A program made the position numbers and the translations under genes. The notes beneath the pieces were generated by a model, which saw nothing but the letters and a program-made list of their open reading frames with translations, did no database searches and was not told where the DNA came from. From assembly GCA_030550585.1 (NCBI GenBank), contig JAUQPB010000002.1:192001-256000 (forward strand): a stretch of 64,000 nt of DNA, written 5' to 3'. Below are positions 20,059 through 28,557 of this stretch, piece after piece (the first letter of the stretch is position 1; every line of letters begins with the position of its first letter). Source of the DNA: Thermoproteota archaeon (GTDB lineage Archaea > Thermoproteota > Thermoprotei_A > Sulfolobales > Ignisphaeraceae).

Positions 20059-20205
20059 ACCCCTTGCAACTATACAAAAAAGTTCAAGAGTTTACAGACA
20101 ACATTAGAAGGTTATGGAAGGCTATGAAAACGCTTCTTAAATTCCTGATAGAATTATTTTTAAAAAAATGTTATTGAATTGAAATCTCTTGCTTTATCAC
20201 GCCGT

Positions 20206-20458
20206 TTATGGGCATAAGTCTAGGTATATGGTATCGATCCAGAATGTTTTGTATTCCCACCACAACATCAAAATCGGAGTCGGACGACCCCACATTACGC
20301 CGTATTTGCCATCAACAAAGTATCCTATAGATTTTAACCTTTTCACACTGGGAAAGGTTTGGAGGATTTAAAGAGACTTGGGAGATGACATCAGAGTTGA
20401 CGGGAATAAGTACTGTCAGTAGCAAAGCAATTGATATGAGAGCTCTCACTGTCTTCAT
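20206..20458 (-). pseudogene. Collapsed remnant of a secreted protein
   Basis: Signal peptide MKTVRALISIALLLTVLIPVNS is followed by an early stop; a different frame carries GYFVDGKYGVMWGRPTPILMLWWEYKTFWIDTIYLDLCP*. Confidence 0.45.
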
Positions 20459-20465
20459 ATCTACA

Positions 20466-21029
20466 TTACTTCCCACTGTATCCACTGTACTCTGCGGAGG
20501 CACTTAGAAGATCTTTTATATCACCGTAAACCACGACCTCGAAGTTCTTCGAGACTTTTATGTATCCTATGCCTGCACCAGCATTCTCGGGGATTCTCGG
20601 GAATCTCGAAACACCTGTTTCATCTAGTATCTTTAGGAGTAGCCCTGCCTTAGGACCGCTGACGTATATCGGTGATCCTGCCTCAGCAAATGTCTTGATC
20701 AGCTCTTTAGTATCCTCCCTTTTGGCGTTGACCTCCAGCCACGCATCACTGATGATCACAACGGTGCCTCTATCCGCATACCTAGCAATGCTTACATCGG
20801 GCTTATCCACAGCCACAAAGTTCTTGACCTTCCCACCGAAAACCCTCTCCAACTCGGCCCTGAAGCCCGCTTCACCCAAGACAACCATGTTAGCCGGAAC
20901 AACATCACCTACACTATCTATATTTACCTTATTAGTAGATGAAGCTGCAGGGCGCATTGCCACCCCAGCAAACACCAGCCCAATAGCCGCTAGCAGGACG
21001 GGTATCGCTAGGAGGATGGGACGCTTCAT
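20466..21029 (-). CDS. Hypothetical secreted/membrane-anchored protein
   Basis: N-terminal hydrophobic signal and GAGGTG SD; visibly more GC-rich codons than the neighbours. Confidence 0.75.
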   Translation of the reverse strand: MKRPILLAIPVLLAAIGLVFAGVAMRPAASSTNKVNIDSVGDVVPANMVVLGEAGFRAELERVFGGKVKNFVAVDKPDVSIARYADRGTVVIISDAWLEVNAKREDTKELIKTFAEAGSPIYVSGPKAGLLLKILDETGVSRFPRIPENAGAGIGYIKVSKNFEVVVYGDIKDLLSASAEYSGYSGK

Positions 21030-21527
21030 TACGAGTCACACACCTCATATAGAAACTTTCTTTGCATAGCTTAAAATTTTTTGCTTTAATGCTATCTGGG
21101 GCTAGTCTAGGCACATAAATTGTCAATTACTTTCTTAGCAGATTTTTTATCGAGATGCTGGTCTAAATGTGTCATAACCAGCAACCGCCCTCACACCTTG
21201 CTCTCATCAACATCCCCTGTAGAACAGCTTCTTGTAATGCAAATCACCAACAACAACCTTCACCTCTCTAACTCGCTAATTAGCTCTAGAAATGTTGTAT
21301 GGTATGTGCATAAGGGCCTTCCAGCCATGGATAGCATCTGTCGTAGGTTTTTGTCAGTAAAACGCTGGTTTTAGACAAGGGTGGGAGATGTTTTACAATT
21401 TCATAATTTTTTGGAGAGGTATTACTGTTAGAGATGCTGGGTAAAAAGAAATAGAGAAATATTTTGGGATTGTTTAACTAAATCAATTCTTTAATTCAAA
21501 TATTTTCAACTACATTAATAACATTGT

Positions 21528-21989
21528 TTACACGCTAAATATCACGATGGCGCTTACCAGAGCTATTGTAAATGCTATAACATCTAGAAGCTTGCCATAA
21601 AATGGAATATTTCTTGCTAAGTTCATAATTCCTGTAACTAAAGATAGTCTATATAGCGCTTTAAGAGAAAACCTAGGTTCAGTTTCCTTTACCACTCTTT
21701 CTATAGTCTTTAGCGTAATGTATAAGGTGTAAAAGGCCATAAACATGGGTATAGCTATGAACTTTCTGTCCACAAGTTCAAGTAGTTCGTATACTGCACC
21801 CAGATCAGCATTTTGCACAACTAGAAAGTCGCCTCCAAAAGAATTAGAGTGTATGCCACTTGCTGCAGAGCCAAATATTCTAGAGATCTTTGCGGCGTTA
21901 GCCAATGGTATATTCCAAACAGTTTCCCCATCATATCTAACCCTCCTCACAAAACCGCCATAGCCGTGGCAAAATTTATATGACTGCAT
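21528..21989 (-). CDS. Hypothetical membrane protein, possibly 5'-truncated
   Basis: C-terminal TM segments; no SD; abuts the TnpB element. Confidence 0.5.
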   Translation of the reverse strand: MQSYKFCHGYGGFVRRVRYDGETVWNIPLANAAKISRIFGSAASGIHSNSFGGDFLVVQNADLGAVYELLELVDRKFIAIPMFMAFYTLYITLKTIERVVKETEPRFSLKALYRLSLVTGIMNLARNIPFYGKLLDVIAFTIALVSAIVIFSV

Positions 21990-22040
21990 ATAAAAGCATA
22001 TGCTCTTCGTGGCTTAGCTTATGTTCCCATCTGATTGTTT

Positions 22041-22184
22041 TTAATCACTTTCTTCTATTACCACCACCTTAACCTTCTTTCCGTGTAGTTTTGATAGCTT
22101 TTCTTGGTATTCTTTTGGTGGGTATATCAGGTATTTCCTCATGGTTTTTACAATCTTTGCCTCAAATACGTATATCGAGACCAT
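22041..22184 (-). CDS. Small basic protein divergent from tnpB (AbrB/SpoVT-like)
   Basis: MVSIYVFEAKIVKTMRKYLIYPPKEYQEKLSKLHGKKVKVVVIEESD: beta-IxxPK-helix-GKKVKV pattern. Confidence 0.6.
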   Translation of the reverse strand: MVSIYVFEAKIVKTMRKYLIYPPKEYQEKLSKLHGKKVKVVVIEESD

Positions 22185-22292
22185 AACTCTCACTGCATAA
22201 ACTGTAGAGTGTAAAAGCTTATAAATTTGCACTCTGAATAACTAATGTTGTGAGCTCCGATGAAGGCGTTTATCCACCTAATCGGTAGGTGG

Positions 22293-22938
22293 ATGTCTGA
22301 GGGTACATACTACAAAGCCTTTAAGGCAGAGGCTGAGGTTGTTGGTGGAGATGCAAATGGTTTGCTGTGGGATTTAACGATATATAGGTATGCTCTGCAA
22401 AAGGTTGTAGACGCTCTATGGGATTTTGATGGGCTTCCGAAGAAGAGTCAGCTACACCAAATGTTCTACCAAATGCTTAGAGAACATGGTTTTAGAGCAC
22501 ACGTAGCTAGAAACATCTACAGCTATGCACTGGCTCTAGAGGATTTAGAGCATCTGAGAGAGTCAATCAATGGCAAAAACAATGGTGTTAGGTGGAGGCT
22601 AAAGCTATTTGCCTATAGAAAGCTTCAACATGCAATCATAGCCAAATCCATTGAATACAACGTTCCAATACTCATTATAGACCCTAGGAACACCTCATCT
22701 ACATGCCCAAGATGCGGCTCTAGGCTAGTCTATGTACATAGACTAGCTATCTGCAAGACATGTAAATTCAAAAGAGATAGAGATTTTGTTGGAGCAATAA
22801 ACATCTACCTACGGGGGGATGTGGGGAAGCCTTGGGTCTTCCCCCAACGGGGATGGAATGAAGAATGAAACCCGACAAACCACCCCAAACAGAGATGAGC
22901 CGATGACCACTTATATAAAATCATATACAAACATATAA
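22293..22938 (+). pseudogene. tnpB: TnpB, internally deleted and 3'-frameshifted
   Basis: N-terminal YRYALQKVVDALW...GFRAHVARNIY is joined directly to LEDL (RuvC-II), DPRNTSSTCPRCG...CKTC (Zn finger) and DRDFVGAINI (RuvC-III). RuvC-I is missing. G6 run at 22813-22818. Confidence 0.88.
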
Positions 22939-23380
22939 AGAGGTGAACCCTCCAGATCCATAGTCTGTGACTATGAAACCTCCATCAACATGTAGTATAT
23001 CGTGTGGCCACTCACTATCACTAAGATGCAGAACCCACTTGATCTTGCCACTATCCCTATCTATCAAAACCCATCTACCATCTCTATCAGGGCAAATCAA
23101 ATCCCCTGCCACACCACCGATTCTGGGAATATCCTCTAGAAGCATGTGGGCCAAGTGGGGATTGGGAATCGATTTGCCTGGAACCGCAAACTCTTCTATA
23201 GAGTTTCTCTCTATATCGTATATGATTACGCTAAACCTGTTGTGAGGATCTGCCATAACAAGCTTTTCTCTGTGGTCAGTTGGATCAATGATATGCTCTG
23301 CGTAGTGAACAGCGAAGCCATGGCGATAAAAAGCACTCTGAACTTGAAGCTGTTGAAACCATAGATCATGGTGTTCATGG
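22921..23380 (-). pseudogene. Fragment of a beta-propeller-like protein
   Basis: WVLIDRDSGKIKW and WPHDILHVDGGFIVTDYG blade-like motifs. No proper start, and it ends at the tnpB element boundary. Confidence 0.5.
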
Positions 23381-23465
23381 ATTCACATTAGAACAGTAAT
23401 TGAATTGCAGATAATAAGTTTATATAGTAGAGTAATGCAATAATGTAATGTTTGGGGTGAAAAAT

Positions 23466-23783
23466 ATGGCTGACGTTATAGGAGCTGTGCTTAGCAACTA
23501 CCAAAGCTATATAGTGATTTTCATTCAATTTCTGCTTGGGCTGGCGCTTGGCTATGTATCTGTAAAAGCGTTGAAATATATCTTAGCATTCATAGCGATA
23601 CTAGCCCTAGGAACACTTCTATCTGTATGGTCTCTGGGAACAACACCATCGGATGTGCTGAAAACCGTTGGGCTAACGGTAGAGGGTCTAAAGAGCCTAG
23701 CTATTCTACTTGGGTTAATGACTATAGGGCCAGTATCCGTAGGCTTCATAATAGGTGCTCTAATAGCTTTGCTAAGAAAGTAA
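23466..23783 (+). CDS. Small membrane protein
   Basis: GGGGTGA SD and three hydrophobic helices. Confidence 0.8.
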   Translation: MADVIGAVLSNYQSYIVIFIQFLLGLALGYVSVKALKYILAFIAILALGTLLSVWSLGTTPSDVLKTVGLTVEGLKSLAILLGLMTIGPVSVGFIIGALIALLRK

Positions 23784-23902
23784 AACAAATATGTTTTTCA
23801 TCACAATATTAATGCAGAAGGTTTTCTTCCACACATAACTGTCTCACAATATCATCGACGGCTGAAAGCCATTGCTTCACAGAAATGCATTTGCATAAGC
23901 TA

Positions 23903-23960
23903 TATCAGCGTTTGCACCGCTCATCACATTGCTCAGCCCCGGATACTCGATCATCACACA
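23903..23960 (-). ncRNA. Box C/D guide sRNA
   Basis: Minus strand reads GTGATGA(C)-TCGAGTATCCGGGG-CTGA(D')-GCAAT-GTGATGA(C')-GCGGTGCAAACG-CTGA(D); all four boxes are perfect. Confidence 0.9.
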
Positions 23961-24015
23961 GCATTTCAGCAAATCTTATATTAGAGCTAAACCTTATACC
24001 TTTTTCTGTGATTTA

Positions 24016-24525
24016 ATGAGTCTAAGATACATACCCATTTCGATTAATTCGTTTGGGAATACAAAGGCGAATCTAAGTGCTACACCGTTTAATGTTTCTT
24101 CAGAGCCGATAGAAATTGTCCAATACCCTGGGTCGGCACCCTCTTCATATGTAGTCACAAATTTTCCTATAGAATATGTTCTTCTATTCATTGGCTTCGC
24201 CCTCATATTTCTCATAGTATTGCTCTATACAAGGAGCTGGTACAGAGGGGGACACGATGTTTATGTTGTGCTTGGGGAGAAAGAACAGCGTGAAAGGGGG
24301 ATCAAGGTTGAATATAGCTACCACGGCATTAAAAGAATTTTAAGAGACTACTTTGTCAAATTCAGGAACAGGATAAGATGCCCCTACTGCACACCTAGAG
24401 AGACCTTAAACAAGCTGATATTTCTGAAAAAGTTCGTTGAAGTATACGAAGATGTTGTTTATGGAGATAAACAAAGATTAGATGCAGAAAATGTAATAGA
24501 TGAGGTAAAGAGGTTTGAGAAATAA
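24016..24525 (+). CDS. Membrane protein, DUF4129-like (MoxR operon)
   Basis: One TM helix, then TPRE and YEDVVYG motifs. The start is moved to ATG 24016 because the upstream extension overlaps the sRNA. Confidence 0.7.
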   Translation: MSLRYIPISINSFGNTKANLSATPFNVSSEPIEIVQYPGSAPSSYVVTNFPIEYVLLFIGFALIFLIVLLYTRSWYRGGHDVYVVLGEKEQRERGIKVEYSYHGIKRILRDYFVKFRNRIRCPYCTPRETLNKLIFLKKFVEVYEDVVYGDKQRLDAENVIDEVKRFEK

Positions 24526-25471
24526 GCTATTAGTATTTACCTTGATACTTCTATCCCTCGTAATATTTTCTCAGTACCAGAAGCCAATCGCAAGTATTCT
24601 AGATCTCGATCCACCATCCATCTACAATATTGGTCCAGGTGGCATCACATTTTTCTACAACTATGAAAAGACCAGAAGAAGTGTGCAGATAATTTACAGT
24701 CTTGATGAGCTAAAGTATTTTGACTCTCGAAACAATGTATTACTAATTCTAGGTCCTGATAAAGATGTGGGTGATATAGACACTTTATTTTCTTGGATAG
24801 AAAAAGGTGGGGTAGCTGTAGTAGGAGATGAGCTTAACCACAGCAAGCAGATATTGGATTATATAGGCATTGAACAAGGCAATGTCATACCCGGGGTAGG
24901 AGAAGCTTGGTGTATCATTGGCAATAAAGCCATTGAGATAGTCATAGATGTTGCCAAAGCATTGCAGTCATCTAATAGTAGATCAAACGTGTTATGTCTC
25001 TATGGTTCAATGCCTGTAGCTTATAATGTTAGTTACGGCAATGGATATATTATTGTCATTGGCGACTCAAGTATTGTTATTAACGAGATTCTAGCTAAAC
25101 CGAGCATCTCAGTCAATAACAGTCTTTTTATGGACTATATAATCGGTGGTAAAGGGCTCATAATATATGAGGGTGGCAGAGTCTATAGACCTGTAGAAGC
25201 CCAGGTAATTGCACAAGCAATGAGTTTTATTGTCGATGGATTATCGGATGCATTACAATGGCTATTATTTAGACAAGGTGTTTTAAGCTTGCTAGGGTTT
25301 TTTACTGGGTTGGCAATACTGTCAATGCTTTATCTAACTATAAGGTTTGGCATCGTGTCTAGCCCAAGAAAATATTTAAGTAGTGCTGTGCAGATCGATA
25401 GGAAATTCATTGAAAACATTCGCAGACAGATTTTAGCTGGTGTTGATAAATGGCAGAGCACTCGAAGATAA
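24515..25471 (+). CDS. DUF4350-like membrane-anchored protein
   Basis: SIYNIGPGG, WIEKGG...GDE and GNGYIIVIGDSSIVINE; N- and C-terminal TM segments. Confidence 0.75.
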   Translation: MRNKLLVFTLILLSLVIFSQYQKPIASILDLDPPSIYNIGPGGITFFYNYEKTRRSVQIIYSLDELKYFDSRNNVLLILGPDKDVGDIDTLFSWIEKGGVAVVGDELNHSKQILDYIGIEQGNVIPGVGEAWCIIGNKAIEIVIDVAKALQSSNSRSNVLCLYGSMPVAYNVSYGNGYIIVIGDSSIVINEILAKPSISVNNSLFMDYIIGGKGLIIYEGGRVYRPVEAQVIAQAMSFIVDGLSDALQWLLFRQGVLSLLGFFTGLAILSMLYLTIRFGIVSSPRKYLSSAVQIDRKFIENIRRQILAGVDKWQSTRR

Positions 25472-26400
25472 GATTTTATGGTTCTATGATTGAAAAGGTT
25501 ATTGAGAATATTCAGAGAAAGGTTGTGGGTAAGAGAAAAGAGCTTGAGTTGATACTTGCAACACTCTTTTCAGAGGGTCACATTCTTCTTGAGGGTGTTC
25601 CAGGTGTTGCAAAAACTCTCATGGCTAAATGTGTGGCGCTATCTCTTGGGCTAGACTTTAAGAGGGTTCAGGCAACGCCTGACATGCTCCCATCTGATAT
25701 AATAGGTTTCCAGTTTTTTGATGCAAAGGAATCCAAGTTTGTGTATAGGAAAGGACCTATATTCACAAATATTCTATTTGTTGACGAGATAAATAGAGCG
25801 CCGCCCAAAACCCAAGCAGCTTTGCTTGAGGCTATGCAGGAGAGGCAGGTTACTGTAGAGGGTGTTACATATGCGCTACCCAAGCCATTTCTGGTTATAG
25901 CAACTATGAATCCAATAGAAATGGAGGGCACATTCCCGCTTTCAGAGGCTCAAGTGGATAGGTTTTTAGCAAAGGTTGTTATAGGGTATCCAACAATTGA
26001 TGAAACTGTTGAGATACTAGACAAATTTGAATCTATATCAAGTCTAGATGATATGCAACCCGTTTTGAATAGGGAAGAGGTTTTGACAATGATTAGACTT
26101 GTTAAGGACGTTTATGTGGAGCAAAACATTAAGAAGTATATTGCGGCTATAGTGGAGGCTACGAGGAATCACAGATTTGTTAAGATAGGCGCATCTCCAA
26201 GAGGTGCAATAGCGCTATACCTTCTGTCTAAGTCGATAGCAGTCATGAGGGGAAGAGAATATGTCACACCAGATGATGTGAAGTATGTTGCTCATGCTGC
26301 TCTCTCGCATAGGATAGTGCTCAGAGGAGAGGCTAAGGTATCTGGTGTGACGGTAGAGAATGTTATTAACGATATTCTTGAAAAGGTTGATGTACCCTGA
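25450..26400 (+). CDS. moxR: MoxR family AAA+ ATPase
   Basis: GHILLEGVPGVAKT, TPDMLPSD, DEINRAPPKTQAALLEAMQE, EGTFPLSEAQVDRF and GASPRG. Confidence 0.95.
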   Translation: MAEHSKIRFYGSMIEKVIENIQRKVVGKRKELELILATLFSEGHILLEGVPGVAKTLMAKCVALSLGLDFKRVQATPDMLPSDIIGFQFFDAKESKFVYRKGPIFTNILFVDEINRAPPKTQAALLEAMQERQVTVEGVTYALPKPFLVIATMNPIEMEGTFPLSEAQVDRFLAKVVIGYPTIDETVEILDKFESISSLDDMQPVLNREEVLTMIRLVKDVYVEQNIKKYIAAIVEATRNHRFVKIGASPRGAIALYLLSKSIAVMRGREYVTPDDVKYVAHAALSHRIVLRGEAKVSGVTVENVINDILEKVDVP

Positions 26401-27647
26401 AAATAACGCTCTATGGACTTTCACACATTGTTTTATCTATAGCAGTACTTGTATACGGTTATTCTGTAAAAAATGTTTTTCTATACTCTATAGGACTGGG
26501 ACTTGTAATAATATTCTTTAAGGAGTATGCATCATTTAATAGAATAAGAAGAGTTGTATCACAATTATCGGTTAAGAGAATGTGTGATAAAAGTATTGCT
26601 AGAGAATTGGAAGATGTTACTATGAGTATTGTTATCAAGAATAGCAGTGGAGAGCCTATTTCAAGAGTTCTTGTAATAGACAAGACCCCCAGATACGCAA
26701 AGTCGACCAGCGATCCAATAGCGATGATCTCCATACCACCGAATTCAGCGGTGACCATCTCATATAAGGTTAAGTTACTTGCTCCAGGGACACACACATT
26801 TAGTGATGTGGTCATTATTGTTAGCGATTTCTTAGGATACTTTGCTGAGGAGCTGAGCTATAGTGACAGATTAACTGTTGTAGCATTGCCACAAGAGATC
26901 AGGGGAGAGCTGGGTATGAAGTCGTTGCAGAAGGTGGTAGGAGTCTATACAGCTGGCAAAGCAGTTGGCGGTCTTTATGACCTTGCAAATATAAGGGATT
27001 ATACTCCTGGAGACAATGTCAAGAAGATTATTTGGAGTGCTTATGCGAAAACAGGCAAACTCGTGGTTAGAGAGGATCTGGGGGAGACGAGAGCAAAAAT
27101 ACTACTACTAATAGACATAAGGCCACATGCATGGCTCATTGGCGAAACTCCTAATACCCTCGCCCATATCCAGTTAAGGTTTGCTGCTTCATTAGTTAAT
27201 TTCCTAACTAGGAATGGAATGGAAGTCGATGCCATTGTATGCAGTGGGATAATGCCAAAGGTTGTTGCAAACCTCAGGGGAGGTGAAGAATCTCTCTATA
27301 GAATATTCTCACTCATAGACGCTGGTGGCGGATGTAACTCGCAGCTAAATGGCTTCATAAATGCTATTGGCTATATCGATAAAGAGCTTTCGCAATACGA
27401 TATAGCAATCCTTTTGACAAATCCAATAACTCTTTCACTTGATGAGCCAACCAATTTGAGAGGCTTGGTCACATCACTTGAAAGACTGTTCATAGCGATG
27501 CCTATGTTTAAATACGATAATGTTATGGGGAGAGATGATATTGCCAAGCTTTTAAATGGGGTTTCAGAAACATTGGGTGAGACATTGATTGGCATGGAAT
27601 TTAGTGAAGAGGGTTTTGAGATAATATATGGTGGGGAAAAGCCTTGA
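26397..27647 (+). CDS. DUF58 domain protein (probable CTG start)
   Basis: IRDYTPGDNVKKIIWSAYAKTGKLVVRE motif. The frame is open back to CTG 26397, which overlaps the moxR TGA and adds the N-terminal TM hairpin. Confidence 0.85.
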   Translation: MKITLYGLSHIVLSIAVLVYGYSVKNVFLYSIGLGLVIIFFKEYASFNRIRRVVSQLSVKRMCDKSIARELEDVTMSIVIKNSSGEPISRVLVIDKTPRYAKSTSDPIAMISIPPNSAVTISYKVKLLAPGTHTFSDVVIIVSDFLGYFAEELSYSDRLTVVALPQEIRGELGMKSLQKVVGVYTAGKAVGGLYDLANIRDYTPGDNVKKIIWSAYAKTGKLVVREDLGETRAKILLLIDIRPHAWLIGETPNTLAHIQLRFAASLVNFLTRNGMEVDAIVCSGIMPKVVANLRGGEESLYRIFSLIDAGGGCNSQLNGFINAIGYIDKELSQYDIAILLTNPITLSLDEPTNLRGLVTSLERLFIAMPMFKYDNVMGRDDIAKLLNGVSETLGETLIGMEFSEEGFEIIYGGEKP

Positions 27648-28297
27648 ATGTAATATTTGTAGCGATTATGATAATTGTTGAATTTATAGCCTCGATATAC
27701 GATTATAAGACAAAGAGAGAGGTTCTACCACTAACAGCAATAGCATTTCTGTTTATAGCTCTTATCATGTCCAATCCAATAGCTCTCTTAGCAACTGTTC
27801 TTGTAATTCCGATTAGCAGATTGCTGGCAATCTTTGTATTTAGAGGATTTGGCAAAGGATCGGTCTATCACATACTCTTAGATGTAATACCCACAATACT
27901 TGTTCTAGTAATGGCTTTTGCAGCATCTCTAATAAGTAAAAATGTTGAATTCTTGGGGATGAGCAAATGGAGCTCGCAAGTAATGTTCTCAACTCTATTC
28001 TTACTTTTATTCTCAATAGCTCTAGAACCATCTATAGAACTACCTGGCACTCTAGGGTTTGTAGCTCGAGCAGAAATAGACCATGTTATAAATATTGCGA
28101 AGGGTCTAGCACATATAGCAGGATTTATAAGCATAGTGATGCTATCTCAATTCTATGGAGCATATGCAGGTATATTAATGTTGATGTGGATCTTAATGCT
28201 ATTGGTTAGAGGCAGACTGGCTGGCTATATGAAAACATTTGTTGAAATAACTCCATACGCCATAACATTTTTAATAGCTTTAATCAAAGGTCTGTAG
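27644..28297 (+). CDS. Hypothetical multi-pass membrane protein
   Basis: TTGA overlap with DUF58; hydrophobic throughout. Confidence 0.8.
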   Translation: MNVIFVAIMIIVEFIASIYDYKTKREVLPLTAIAFLFIALIMSNPIALLATVLVIPISRLLAIFVFRGFGKGSVYHILLDVIPTILVLVMAFAASLISKNVEFLGMSKWSSQVMFSTLFLLLFSIALEPSIELPGTLGFVARAEIDHVINIAKGLAHIAGFISIVMLSQFYGAYAGILMLMWILMLLVRGRLAGYMKTFVEITPYAITFLIALIKGL

Positions 28298-28337
28298 AAA
28301 TGCAGAAATTTTGAAACAATATATACAGGTGTTGATA

Positions 28338-28532
28338 GTGTCTAGACATGCGAGCAGCAGGCTTGGGGCAGTATATGCATTATTGCTCTTGATTTGTGGT
28401 TTGGCTTTTCTATTCATATCAACATATTATATCTACATAGAGAAATATATTCAGTTTCTAGCAACATTTGCAATAGGTCTAATTTTGCTAAGCACTTCAA
28501 TAGCACTTTACAGGGAAATGCAAAAAACCTAA
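28338..28532 (+). CDS. Small two-TM hypothetical protein
   Basis: AGGTG SD before GTG 28338; two hydrophobic helices. Confidence 0.6.
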   Translation: MSRHASSRLGAVYALLLLICGLAFLFISTYYIYIEKYIQFLATFAIGLILLSTSIALYREMQKT

Positions 28533-28557
28533 ATTTTTCGGCAGTTCATCAGCCATC

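Larger units (their letters stand above)
22020..22940. mobile_element. Degenerate IS200/IS605-family (tnpB-only) element; ends approximate
   Basis: tnpB remnant, divergent small ORF and GC-rich 3' hairpin region; the flanking ORFs are truncated at both sides. Confidence 0.65.

Noticed and set aside
21120-21400. 84 aa ORF and coding-like minus-strand text
   Set aside because: No recognisable family and multiple stops in the plausible frames; counted only as debris.
23929-24015. N-terminal extension of the DUF4129-like ORF
   Set aside because: Overlaps a perfect C/D sRNA and a promoter-like sequence; ATG 24016 is preferred.
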